From contig NIVC01000225.1 of the NCBI GenBank assembly GCA_002269645.1, positions 536,416 to 600,415 on the forward strand: a stretch of 64,000 nt of DNA. The letters run 5' to 3'. Below are positions 38,600 through 50,179 of the stretch, piece after piece; the stretch's first letter is position 1; each line of letters starts with the position of its first letter. The notes under the pieces are model-generated. The model saw only the letters and a list, made by a program, of their open reading frames with translations, ran no database searches and was not told the origin of the DNA. Position numbers and translations under genes: made by a program. Origin of the DNA: Macrostomum lignano. Lineage: Eukaryota.

Positions 38600-41500
38600 C
38601 TCGAAGGGATCCATTTTTAACTGGTGAGATTCAAGGCCGTTATTTTGCTTTCTTGCTTGACACCGGCTCCAAGTGCGAAGTCCTAGGATTCAGCACCTGG
38701 CACCGCCTATGTACCAACAACCCAACCCTGCATGGCCAAATTGAGCCTTGCCAGCAATGTATTGTAACCTACAATGGTGAACCAATTCAAATGGCAGGCC
38801 AACTAACTATTAAAGTGAAGATTGGTAATTTCGAGCCAACAGTTAAGTTTCTGCTAGCAAAAGGATCGCACGACAACATCCTGGGCTTTGAGTTCCTAGA
38901 GAAGTACAGCACATCACTAGATCTCGCCGCCGGGATGCTGTTCTTCAAGGACGGCACTGCCGCAACGCTTCGCTACACGCGAACTGAGGCTACCACGTGC
39001 AGAATCTACACAGCCGAGAGCACTACTGTGCCACCGCTATCGTCAGCCCAAATTAAAATCAAGCTAGCCAAAGGACGAGAAGAAAACCAGGGTACACCCG
39101 CTGTGATCGAGCCGTTAAAACCGGCTCGGCGCGAAGAAGATGTGCAGCATCTGGACGCCGCGCCTGTGCTAATATCTATGGCTAATGGAGAAGGCGCTAT
39201 CGAAATGATTAATCGAGGAACAACATCGATCAGAGTACGAGCGAACGCCCTAGTCGGGATTGCTAGACCAATCAGACTGCCTGAGCTACAGTTCGTCCCG
39301 CTGCTGAAGCCAGAGGACTCTGTCAATCAAATTCAAGACGAAGATCCTGACGCTTGGATCAAGGAGATCGACATCAGCGAAGATCTGTCCGGTGATCAGC
39401 GAGCTCAAGTCATTGAGCTATTGAAGAAGTACAAGACCATCTTCTCTCAGGGGCCACACGATCTCGGCCGAACTCATTTGGTCACCCACAGTATTGTGCT
39501 AAAGGACACAAATCTGGTGCATCTGCCGACTTGCCGGATCCCACTGCATCTTCTGCCCAAAGTGGATCAGTTACTCGACGATCTCCTGGCCAAAGGCGTG
39601 ATTCGACCGAGCTTTTCCAGCTACAACACCCGGCTGGTGATTATCCCGAAGAAGGACGGCAGCCTGCAGATTGTGCAAGATTTTCGGAATCTGAATCAGA
39701 AGTGCGAATATTTTCTATACCCGATTCCTAACATTCAAGAAGCATTCGCCAGCCTCGAAGGAAGCCAGCTATTCAGTACGTTCGATTTGAATTGCGGCTA
39801 CAATCAGATTCCTCTGCGTTCGGAAGATCAAGACCTGACTGCCTTCGCCACGCTGCACCGCGGACAGTTCGCCTACAATGTTATGCCTATGGGATTAAGT
39901 TCAGCTCCAGCCAGCTTCATGCGCCTCATGAACGCTATGCTCAATGGGATTGCCTACAAAAGTGCTATCGCCTACCTGGATGACGTAATCGTCTATTCTA
40001 AGAGATTTAAGGACCATCTACGGCATATGGAGGAAGTATTCAAGCGAGTCCAAGACGCTAATCTCAAGTTCAAGGGCAAGAAGTGCCATCTATTTCGGGC
40101 AAGTTTAAACTACCTGGGCCATGTTGTAACAAAAGATGGAATCAAAACCGACCCGGCGAAAATCGAAGCTATTCAGACCTGGCCAAGACCAAGAACAGCA
40201 CGACAACTTGAGAGTTTTGTCTGCACGTGCGCCTATTATGCTAAATTCGTACCTGGCTATGCAGAACTTGCTGCTCCGCTCCACGATTTAATTAAAGAGA
40301 AGAAGATCCGAAATTTCAACTGTCTATGGGGAAAGCCCAGCAAGACGCGTTCGACCAGCTCAAAGCAGCCTTGACTTCGACATCAGTGCTCGCGTATCCG
40401 CAGTTCAGTGAGGACCCGGAAGTTATGTTCATCCTGGACACAGATGCTTCTGCGACCAGAATCGGAGCCTGCCTGAGCCAACGCCAAGCTGACGGAGTTG
40501 AGCGCCCAATTGGCTATTTCTCCCGGCGACTCAAACCGGCCGAAGCCCGGTATCCGATCACTAAACAAGAATATTGGCAGTTGTAGACGGAATGCGACAC
40601 TTCCGATTCTACCTGCTGGCCAAGAAGTTCATCTGCCGAACCGACCATGCCGCATTAACCTGGATCTTAAGGCGAACTCAGCAAGAAGGAATATTCGGAC
40701 GATGGCTACAGCGCCTCAGTGAATTCGAGTTCGAGATCCAGCATCGAAAGTCAAGTCAGCATCAGAATGCAGAGGGTCTCTCGAGACGGCCCCAGGACGA
40801 CGCCAAATGCATGGAGGAGGCCCAGCGTGAGGCAGCAGAGGAGGTCCAAAGTAAGCAGCCAGCCGCGATAACGGGCGCAGCGGCGCTGAAGGTCCTCGAC
40901 AGCAGCCACCCTAGCCCTCCGCTGAGCAGGAAGCCGTCGACCCGCCGTAAGCGACGGAAACCGCCGACGAAGCCAAAGGAGTCCAACGGTGAGGCAACGC
41001 CGCCAGCAACATCGACAGCCGACAGCAAGCCGCTGACAGCGCTGCACCCGCCGGCGACGAAGCCGCGGCCATCAGCCAGGCGCTTTCGAGACTCACAGAG
41101 GTCGCCCACCAGTTTTAGCAGCACGACATGTTGCCCGTCAAGGAGCCGCCGTCTACTAGCTGAAGGCGACGAGGACAGCGACCACAGCGCAGCCAATGAC
41201 GACCGCTGCTAACCCGCTCGCAGTCCGGTGTTCAAGAAACGAGTGAGATTCAGCATCGACGCCGACAGTTCTGCTGACTCGCCCACATCTGCTGACGAGT
41301 CCAATTCCGACGAAAGTGACGCCGAAACGACCGACGAGGATCGGCCCTTCAATTCAACAGCCCGGCAACCGGCCAGAGTAGCAATTGTGCGGAGGGAGAT
41401 CTAGACCCTGAACCATGCCGCCACAGCCGAAGCCACGCCGACTAATTCGACTAATCGACGCCAAAGATTGAATCTAACTGATCACATCCCGAGGCCAGTC

Positions 41501-43033
41501 ACCCGTGAGGAGCTCCAGACTCATCAGCGAGCTGACTCTGCCATCGCGATGATGATCAACTTAATTGAAAGTCGACAACCAAAGCCGCCGCTAAATCAGC
41601 GTTTAAATCTAACAAGAGATGAGCGAAATCTCCTAGCATTCTACGAGCAATTGGAAGTCCGAGACGACGGACTATTAGTCATCCATCTCGACGATATTGG
41701 CGAGGAGGACAAAGCGAGGATCGTCCTGCCGAAGAGTCTCGACGCCACGGTGTTCGCCGACCTGCATGGTTCACCCTACTGCGGACACATGGGCCGAGAT
41801 CTCACCATCGCGAAGGTGCGCGAGAGGTTCTGGCGACCGGCTCTGGCCAAGGCCGTGTCCGACTATGTCGCTTCCTGCCAGACCTGCACTCAGAGCAAAG
41901 GACGGCGACGCATCCCAGCGCATGTACAATCGTTTCCGGTCTGCGAAATCTATGGGCGATGCGCGATCGACATCATGGGCCCCACTGGAGACCCGACAGA
42001 CCGAGGCAATAAGTACATCCTGACCTACGTCGACACTACGTCGAAATATCCATTCGCCTTCGCCATGAAAAATCAGCGCGCCAAGACGATCATAACTCTC
42101 CTGCAAGAACAAGTCTTCCCGATCACCGGAATCCCCGCGTGGATTCATTCGGACCAATGCAAACAGTTCACAGGGCACGAGTTTCGACATTTCTGCGAAG
42201 TCTATGGCATCCGGCAGACAACGACGCCGCCATACTCGCCCTGGGCCAATGGTCAAGCTGAATCGTGCAATAAGAACATCAAGAAGGTGCTCACTTGTCT
42301 CCTCGAGGACCATCAACAGTGGGACAAGATGCTGCCAGCCGCTCTGACAGCTCTGAGATCAGCTGTCAACCGTATGACGGGATTCTCGCCGCATTACGTC
42401 ATCTATGGCGTGCCCTACCGGTGTCCGATCGATAACACCCTAGACCGCCTGGACGTATCGCCGGACCTCCCCGAGTACATCGCGAAGCATCAGCGCAGAC
42501 TGGCCGAGACCGAAAGGATTGTACGACAGCGATTGCGAGCTGAGATTCAACGTCGCGAAGAGTACTACGAGAACCGACCCAAGCCCGTGGAACTGCAGCC
42601 CGGAGACCTGGTCTGCCTGGCCAACCCGAAGCTCGAGCTGGGCGAGCTGCCGAAGTTCCATCGGCCGTACAAGAGCATGTACAAGGTCAACAGAAAGGTC
42701 GGCGAAGTAGCCTACTGGATCCAGCCTGCAACAGCCCGACGTGGACGTCCAGTGGAAATACTCGTGCATCGCAATAACATCATCAAGGTGCCGCAGATGA
42801 TGGCCGATCGACCGCAGGAGCCGCCGCACCAAACTGAGCGGCCAATGCTGCCCTTCGAGTCGAGTGACGAAAGCGAAGCCGACCCAGCCGATCAGCCCAC
42901 TCCAGAACAGCCAGCCGCAGCTCAGCCTGACATGCGCGGCAGCCAATTGTTCGAGCCAAGCCTCTGCCATCCGGAAGTGCTGCCTGAAGGCGACCCGGAT
43001 CTGCCTGACATCGGCATGGAGCTCGAGATCTAA
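38600..43033 (+). pseudogene. pol: pol (protease, RT, RNase H, integrase), interrupted
   Basis: FLLDTGS protease; YLDD RT; FILDTDAS RNase H; H..H..C..C zinc finger and IDIMGP/IHSD/NGQAE integrase. Frameshifts near 40330-40370 and 40575; in-frame stops at 41210 and 41400. Confidence 0.92.
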
Positions 43034-43957
43034 AAGGTATTTACCAATGAATTTGTTATGGCGCGAAGTTGCTAACTTTTGATGCGCATTACTATTGCAT
43101 CAATAGTCTAATTTGTAGTCTAATTTGCTAACATGTCCAATTTTTAATTTTGCTGTAAGCTTTCTCTGCACCTGCTTTGTGCTGAAAGCCGATTTTAGTT
43201 TTTCCGTTTAAATTCTCATTTTCCTTCTGTTTTCCGGATAAAATCAGGCATCAAATTTCAACTCAGTACTTTTCCTTATGCTTGAGGGATAAAAGCAATA
43301 ATTCTCCCTTTTGCTGTACTTTTATTTTTCCTTATGCTTTCTCCTTATGTTCCTTATGCCTGGGAACATTGTGAGGGCCGCTAATTTTGGCTCCCCCCTC
43401 TCCCAGTGCCAGTTGTTGCCCCTGTTTCATTGCAACTCCTTATGAAGCCTCTGCATGCCATATTGGAAGCTAACCTACTTTATTCTAACATTATCATTAG
43501 TACGGAGCCCGCCTTTGCTCCTTTACTACTTTTATTTTAACTGTTGTTTGTGCACTAACCAGCCTTTTCTTAACCGCCCCATTTGATATGAGCCGTTCAA
43601 GGCGTCCCAATTCATTCTAAGTTAGACCCCCTGCTGCGGTTAGCTATCTGTTTTTATTACTCCGCGATTAGTCACCCACCCCACCTCCGTGCCCACCATA
43701 GAGTGCATGCGGGGCGGTGACTGGTGCCCTGTTCCAATGCGTGATTTCCCCCTCATTCATCGCTTCGGCAGCCGCTTGCGTATTTAAGGCAGCCAAGTGC
43801 CCCCTCACTGTCGTTAATTTTCAAATTTCTCCGTGCCCTCAGCCAAAGTCAAATTTGCTTTCTATTATTCCGTCGCCCGGATCATCTTCATATATATATA
43901 TATTTTTATTGCTGCTCATTACTTATTTGGTTGATTCGTTTGTAGCTTGCTGCTGAT

Positions 43958-44371
43958 ATGTGTAACAACACTATGTACGGAGAAGCGGCCCCGGAGGACA
44001 ATGACCCGGTTTTTGACAATGCCTATGACAATGGTCAAACAGGTCCAGCGTCCGCCAACGCTCCGCCGGCGCCGGCCCCCAGCCCAGTTTCCGACGATGA
44101 CCAGTGGCTCAACCAGTTCCTGGCCCAAGTCAGCGCCACCCAAGTGCTCCCTGAAATCTATGACGAGGCGATCCGACTCCTAGAGGTGCACCCAGAAATG
44201 CCTCCGCCGCCGCTAGCCGCCTGGACTAGTGGCTCGAGTAACGAAGGGCCAGCCATATACCACCCCAGGCCAATGAGACGCAAGCCACACCGCGAGAGCC
44301 CAAGCCGACCCGGACCCTCGCAGAATTGCTGTACTAGGAGACGATCAGCGGACCAGGGGCCACCCTTATGA
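43958..44371 (+). CDS. Extra ORF between pol and the 3' LTR, acidic and Pro-rich, function unknown
   Basis: 137-aa ATG-initiated ORF in a GC-rich block, preceded by acceptor-like TTGATTCGTTTGTAG; coding-like sequence continues in other frames to 44725. Confidence 0.45.
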   Translation: MCNNTMYGEAAPEDNDPVFDNAYDNGQTGPASANAPPAPAPSPVSDDDQWLNQFLAQVSATQVLPEIYDEAIRLLEVHPEMPPPPLAAWTSGSSNEGPAIYHPRPMRRKPHRESPSRPGPSQNCCTRRRSADQGPPL

Positions 44372-44739
44372 ACGGCTGCCGGCTCTGGAGCCAGATCGCT
44401 GCCCAATATCTGCAGCCGGAGGTGGTACTGGCCATCAAAGCAGCTGCAGCGCTTGTCGGCACCTGTCTACGAGCCGACACCACTGGACAGCAGCTCGGCC
44501 CTGCGCCACCCTGGCTGCCCTGTTCGCAGAATTTGGGCGATGCGACAGGATTCCAGCCTATCTAGAACAGCTCTGCTGGGATCTGAGGCTCGCCAGTTCA
44601 GTTCAGGCGCCCAGGACCAACCGCCAGGGCGATTCCAGTGGCGCCAACCAAGGTGGTCATTCTTCATCCGGCCGAGGACGCCACCATGGCAGCGGGTGAC
44701 TGCCAAGTTTCTTTCCGTTGCGTAGGGCCGCCCCACGCA

Positions 44740-45767
44740 TGTGGCAGGCGGGATGCCACAAGTAATTGATTGAACCTAATTTTTTTAATATTTTTAAGCG
44801 CATTCAAAAAAAAAATAATATACCGTCCCATCTGCTGTCTTTTCACCCCAATTTTGTCCATCGTTTGCCCAGCTCCCCTTCCCTTCCATGGCCTGGTCGC
44901 ATCCCTTCACTGTTTTTCGTCATTCCCTATGTTGAATTTTGTTTATCCGCGCGGTGTCCCAACGTATTTGAGCCTATTCCATCCTGTGAATTTTGTTGCC
45001 CAACGTCTGTTTCCAGTGTTTGTCAGCGTCCCCTGTTGATTATTTATGCCACTTTTTGTGCCCTGTTTTCCTCATACTTCTTTCTCCGCCCTTCCTCCAC
45101 CACTACAACCACTTCCTTTTATTTTCGCCTCCTTCAATTTAATAGTTGTTTTCATTAATTAATAGTTTTGTTTATTAAGTTCGACCTAGTGCACCAGCGC
45201 CGCAGCAAGCGAATCCATCTCTTGTGTATTAATAATAATATTATCTTTATCCCGTGCTCGCCTGCTGTTTATCTTAAACCAAGCTCAATAATAACTGGCA
45301 TTTGTTAAATTAGCCATTAAATTCATTCGTTAATGTTCAGCTATAGTATTTCTTGAGTCATTTGCCCGTGGGGCATAAAATAATAACCAAGTTCTCATCT
45401 CAAAGATAGCTCTGAGACTTATCCGTTCCGTAATACGTAAATTACGGTGGTGGCAGCAACTACCCTACTGAAAATAACAAACTCAGCTATTTGACGCATT
45501 ATTTTATGGAGTCAGGAATCTCCAACTACAGTGTTTCATTGATTTGAATGACCTCGCCGCTACACGACCGCTCCACTACGATTACGACTACCCTCCTCCC
45601 GGAACTTGAGGACCCCAGCTGTCAGAGTAAAACAGGAGAAGAATTTTGTTGTGATTCGCCTATGTGATTTTCTGGCTTGATTTGTGCGAACACAACGCTA
45701 ACCGGTTTTAAAGAAAACCCAAACAACCCCATTTCAAATTTTATTTTCTTTCTCCGCTCCTACCTCA
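44740..45767 (+). repeat. 3' LTR (1028 bp)
   Basis: Direct repeat of 36305-37340. Confidence 0.95.
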
Positions 45768-45822
45768 GTGCTTAACACTGGATAGTTTTTATTTTTTATT
45801 ACTTTATTAACTAGGCCCTATT

Positions 45823-46415
45823 CCATAGTCCAGATCATGCTGGACTTACGCTGGAGGAAAAATCCAACATTTTTTGGCACTTACGCTAGACTTACGCCAA
45901 CCAAAAAAAGGTCCCTCTGACTTATGCACCCAAAAAAGGTCCCTTACAATTCTTGTAAATAGAATAGAATAGAATAGAATAGATGATTTACAATTAATCA
46001 GTGATTAATTAAATTCAGAAGTTGCAACTGTTTAAAAATCTCACAAGTTGCAAATTCTGAATCAAGAATCAAAGTAAGCATCTTGAAGCTAAAAAAACTT
46101 TTGCTATTCTACAATAGATATTCTGCTATCTCATTTATACAAACTGCAATATTTTAATGAACTTTGTTTTAATGCTGCTTTTTAACATCATAATTAACGC
46201 AAATGTGTAATGTTCTATAGTGATACATTTGATCGTGAATGATCTTGTTTGTGCCAACATTTATGCCACTTGATTTATGCCATGTACTTACGCCAAGCAC
46301 TTATGCCAAGGCACATTTTGGCCTATACTTACGCCAAGCACTTATGCCAGCCTCCAATCCCAAACCAGATTTACGCTGGAGATCTCCGGCGTAAACGACA
46401 TGATCTGGACTATGG
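45823..46415. mobile_element. Non-autonomous DNA transposon (MITE, 593 bp) with an 8-bp TSD
   Basis: TIR CCATAGTCCAGATCATG / CATGATCTGGACTATGG; exact TSD GCCCTATT at 45815-45822 and 46416-46423; subterminal ACTTA(C/T)GCC motifs. Confidence 0.85.
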
Positions 46416-47619
46416 GCCCTATTACGTTTCATAATATAATATTGAATGAAAAAAATATTTAGGTAGCACCAATATTTTAGGCCTACTTGTATCAAAAAAA
46501 TCAAATTAACTATAATATGCCAAAACTACATTCCTTTCCTTATGTTCTAGGCAGTGCTCAAAAAGTCACAATCCTAAAAAATACATTACCAAGAATTGAT
46601 TTAGTAGCCCTACTTCATTATCATTGTATCTGATATTTTAAAAGAAATTTAGTCCATAATTCATAGGCCCTAAAACATAAATTTAAATAGTATAGTGACC
46701 AAGGACAGTCATTAATAATAATAATAATAATAATAATAAACTTAGAATGAAAGTATAGGCCCTAAATTTTCCAAAAACTAGCATCTTTGTCCTAGACTTA
46801 TTATTTTCACTTAAGAGATAGGCCTAGGCCTAAAAGCTTAAATTTAACAATTATTTTCCTTAATTCATGTTTCAAATGATTCAATTAAAATAAGAGCCTA
46901 GGGAATAAAACACAATTATTTTCTAAACAAACCATATAGTAGGTCCCCGTAGTGTCTAGTGAAAGTTTACTTTATATATACAGTTATACATGACAAATGA
47001 GTTTTCTGCCCCCCCACCTACCCAACACGGCTTACAGTCTACAATTATAACTTGGTGGCATAAATGAGGCTAGGCCTATTTAAATTCAAGAAAAAAATGT
47101 GTGCACTAGGCCTACAACTTGGTCGCAGCAGTGGGATTGCAAGAGGAACCACTGTCAAAGAAGGTAAAACAGTCAAAGAACTAAAATTCGTTTTTCTTGG
47201 AATTCGGATGTTCAAATTTTTAGTAGTTTACCGCGCCGGATTTAAATTGAAAATTAGGCTTTTCATATTTAGCCTACCAATTCCAAAACCATAATCGGTT
47301 TAGAGCTATTCATATTGCCTGTTTCGTTTTCTTTTCTGGGGAACAACTTATGGACCATAATCTAAAAGATTTTTCTGCAGCCGCATCTAGTCAAGACGCG
47401 ACTAGCGACAAGGCAGTGTTCCAGAAGTCAGAACCGTGTTCTGGTTCTGGAATTTGGATTGAGAAATTCTCTCGATCTGTTGTCATGTTTCCATTGTTGC
47501 AGTAAAATATATTGGAAAATGTGAATTATTTATTTATTAATATTATCAGAGTCTTTTGTTATTTCCCGGAGGAAACAAAGTCAAAAGAAAAACCAGTTTA
47601 CAAAGACTGACAAAAATTA

Positions 47620-49120
47620 AAACAGATTCGATGCTTTTCAGCCACAGCCACAAAACAGTCAGTCAACGTCACAGTTCGCCCAAGGCCATGCCGCTTCCGC
47701 TCCGTCGGCTGGTGCAGCAGGACCAGCGCCAACGGGACTTGGTCGCCGCGGCCGGAGTGGCCCAACAGCATCTGGCGGCGCCGGCGCAGGATAACGCTCA
47801 GGTCTGGAACGCCGGCGCCGGGCCATCAGGTCTCTGAAGGGCAACTTCGGGATAGTCCACGCCCAGGGCGTAGCGCAGCAGAGACCTGTAAAGCACTCCA
47901 GGGCTCGCTCTCGTGTGTCGGTCATCGGCACCCTTCCATGCCGTACAGGATTCCATGCCGTACAGCATTCCATGCCGTACAGGAGAACCGGCTCCACGGC
48001 CGCGTGGAAGAGGCGCACCTTCAGGCCGTCCCTCGCAGCTGAGTTGAAGACATTCCTAAGCAGGTGCGTTGCGCGCCAGGGCCTGGTTCCGATTTCCCGT
48101 CGGAGACAATGGAGTCCGGACTCGTTGCTAGCGATCTGAGGTACCGGAAGTCCTCGCACATGGCGAGATGGCGTCTCCGTCGGGTAGCGAAAGTGCCGGG
48201 GCGGTGTCAGTGCCCATCGTGCATCACCTGTCTTGCGCGCGTTGACCACCAGTCCCACCCGGGCGCCCTCATCACAGAGCCGGGAAAGAGTGCGTTGGGC
48301 AGCAGCTGGCCGCGGTCGCAACAGAGGAGCGCGGTATCATCGGCATACGCGAGAGCAGGCAGCGGAACAGCAGGATATCGGTAGCTTCGTCGTGGGACCA
48401 GCATATGTAGCAGTCATCTTGATGGGAGCGACGCAGCAAATAATCCACGACTATGATGAAAAGCAGGGGAGCCAGCGTGTCGCCCTGCACGACGCCGGAG
48501 GTTGTGCCGAACACCTCAGTGGGTCCGTAGCTCGTCTGAACAAACGCCCTGGAATCACTATACAGGTCTATCACTGCAGCTACCATGCAGTGCAGGGGGA
48601 ACGCCGTAGTAGGACAGCAACTACGCGATCGCGAGCCTGAGCACCGAGTCAAACGCCTTACGGAAGTCCATGAAGACGATCGACACTGCATGCATGCTCG
48701 TTGGCGGGTCTTGCAGGCCTCGATGACGGTGAACCTGCTCTGTGGTGGACCTGCCCGGGCGGAAGCCGCTCTGAAGACTCAGCAGCATCTGTTTGAGGCC
48801 AGGCAGAAGGCGGTTGCGGAGCACTGCATTCAGCAGCTTCGCCATGGTGTACTCCAGCGCGATGCCGCGATGATTGTCCAGGCTTTTAGAGGCCCCCTTC
48901 TTTGGGATCGAAACGATCTTCCAGATGCGTCATTGTGGTGGGGCACATGCAGCCACGTCGCCTCCAACTCTGCTTGGGCAGCTTCAGGACCACCCTGGCG
49001 GGAATGGAATCGACCCCAGAGGCGGCATCAGCGCGCATGGTCTTCAAGGCCCGGCCAACTTCCTCGGAAGAGATATTGGGTATCGACAACAGTAGAGCAG
49101 TAGCGTTGAGCACATCGCTC
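47620..49120 (-). mobile_element. 5'-truncated RTE-like non-LTR retrotransposon, RT pseudogene
   Basis: Fragments over shifting frames: QSGFRPGRSTTEQV, FMDFRKAFDSV, GVVQGDTLAPLLFIIVVDY, LAYADDTALL and KVRLFHAAVEPVLLYGME. Confidence 0.85.
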
Positions 49121-49144
49121 TAGTGTGAGACCAGCTGGGTTTAC

Positions 49145-49395
49145 TCTCAGGGATCTCACACCCCTGAGAAAGATCCTCTCAGGTATCTCACACTTGGGAT
49201 ATATCCTTTCAGGGATCTCACACCTGTGATAGATCCTCTCAGTGATCTCACACACCTGAGATAGATCTTCTCAGGGATCTCACACACCTGAGATAGATCT
49301 TCTCGGGGATCGCACACCTGAGATTGATCCTCTCAATATGATCTCACACCTGAGATAGATCCTCTCAAGCGGATCTCACACCTGAGATAGATCCA
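49145..49395. repeat. Array A of the 29-30 bp hairpin repeat (GATCTCACACCTGAGATAGATCCTCTC)
   Basis: About 8 degenerate units followed by a tail shared with arrays B and C. Confidence 0.85.
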
Positions 49396-50179
49396 TTCAC
49401 CTACTCTGGACCTCTCATCCAAGATAAATATTTTCAGAATCTCACGCTTCGAAGGCCATTGTAAGAGATGAACTCATTTAGAATAGCCGTAACATCTTGG
49501 AATCTGACGCTCATATGGCGTCATTTAATTCCATTTAGCAGCGTGAGATGGGGGTGGGGTGGCCAGACCTGCAAATGGCGCCACCTTTTGGGGTAGACAA
49601 TGCGCGTTTTTAGTGCTTGCCGTTGATTTACTAAATAAGAGGACGAGCTAAATAAATAAGATAATTTTCGCGTCTTACTTCAGCAAAAAATCATGCAATG
49701 AGCAGTCGATTATGATTCTGTTAACTAGCTACTATAGATGTGAACAGGAAATCTTGGACAAAGTTTAGTATTTTAAAAACTCAAGAAGATAGAGACGTAG
49801 CTCATAATTGAGGCTTCATACATTTATTGGTACCGAGAAAACATACTTGAATACTCTGGTTGTGCACGAGATTTGAACTAGCTTAACGAGATTCAATAGC
49901 TATTTGTGTTTTTTTCTTTCAAATATCAAAAAAAAGCAAGAGCCTCGCTGATAATAATATTAACAAACAAAATTACTTGAAAAATTGAAAATCTAACTGT
50001 TAGAAATCAAAAAAATATTGTGAAAACAATTTGTTAGAGTAATATTTTTTTTTCAAATCTTTGGCAAATCTTTAACGATAAATTGATGAAAGCAGATTTT
50101 GAATAAAATTGTTGATACTATGCAATAAAAAAGGTAAAAAACTTAAAAGTCTTCTTTTATAATATTTTAGCTTTCAAAA

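Larger units (their letters stand above)
36305..45767 (+). mobile_element. Full-length Ty3/Gypsy LTR retrotransposon, disabled by stops and frameshifts
   Basis: TG..CA LTRs at 36305-37340 and 44740-45767; 5-bp TSD GTGCC/GTGCT; PBS; gag; pol in the order PR-RT-RH-IN. Confidence 0.95.
35453..45780. mobile_element. hAT-like MITE (about 0.86 kb) whose right TIR is split by the Gypsy insertion
   Basis: Left TIR CAGTGTTGGGCACC at 35453. Removing the LTR element restores GGTGC(C/T)TAACACTG ending at 45780. Flanks GATGATTT and GATAGTTT resemble a degenerate 8-bp TSD. Many internal CATTAA/TTAATG motifs. Confidence 0.6.
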
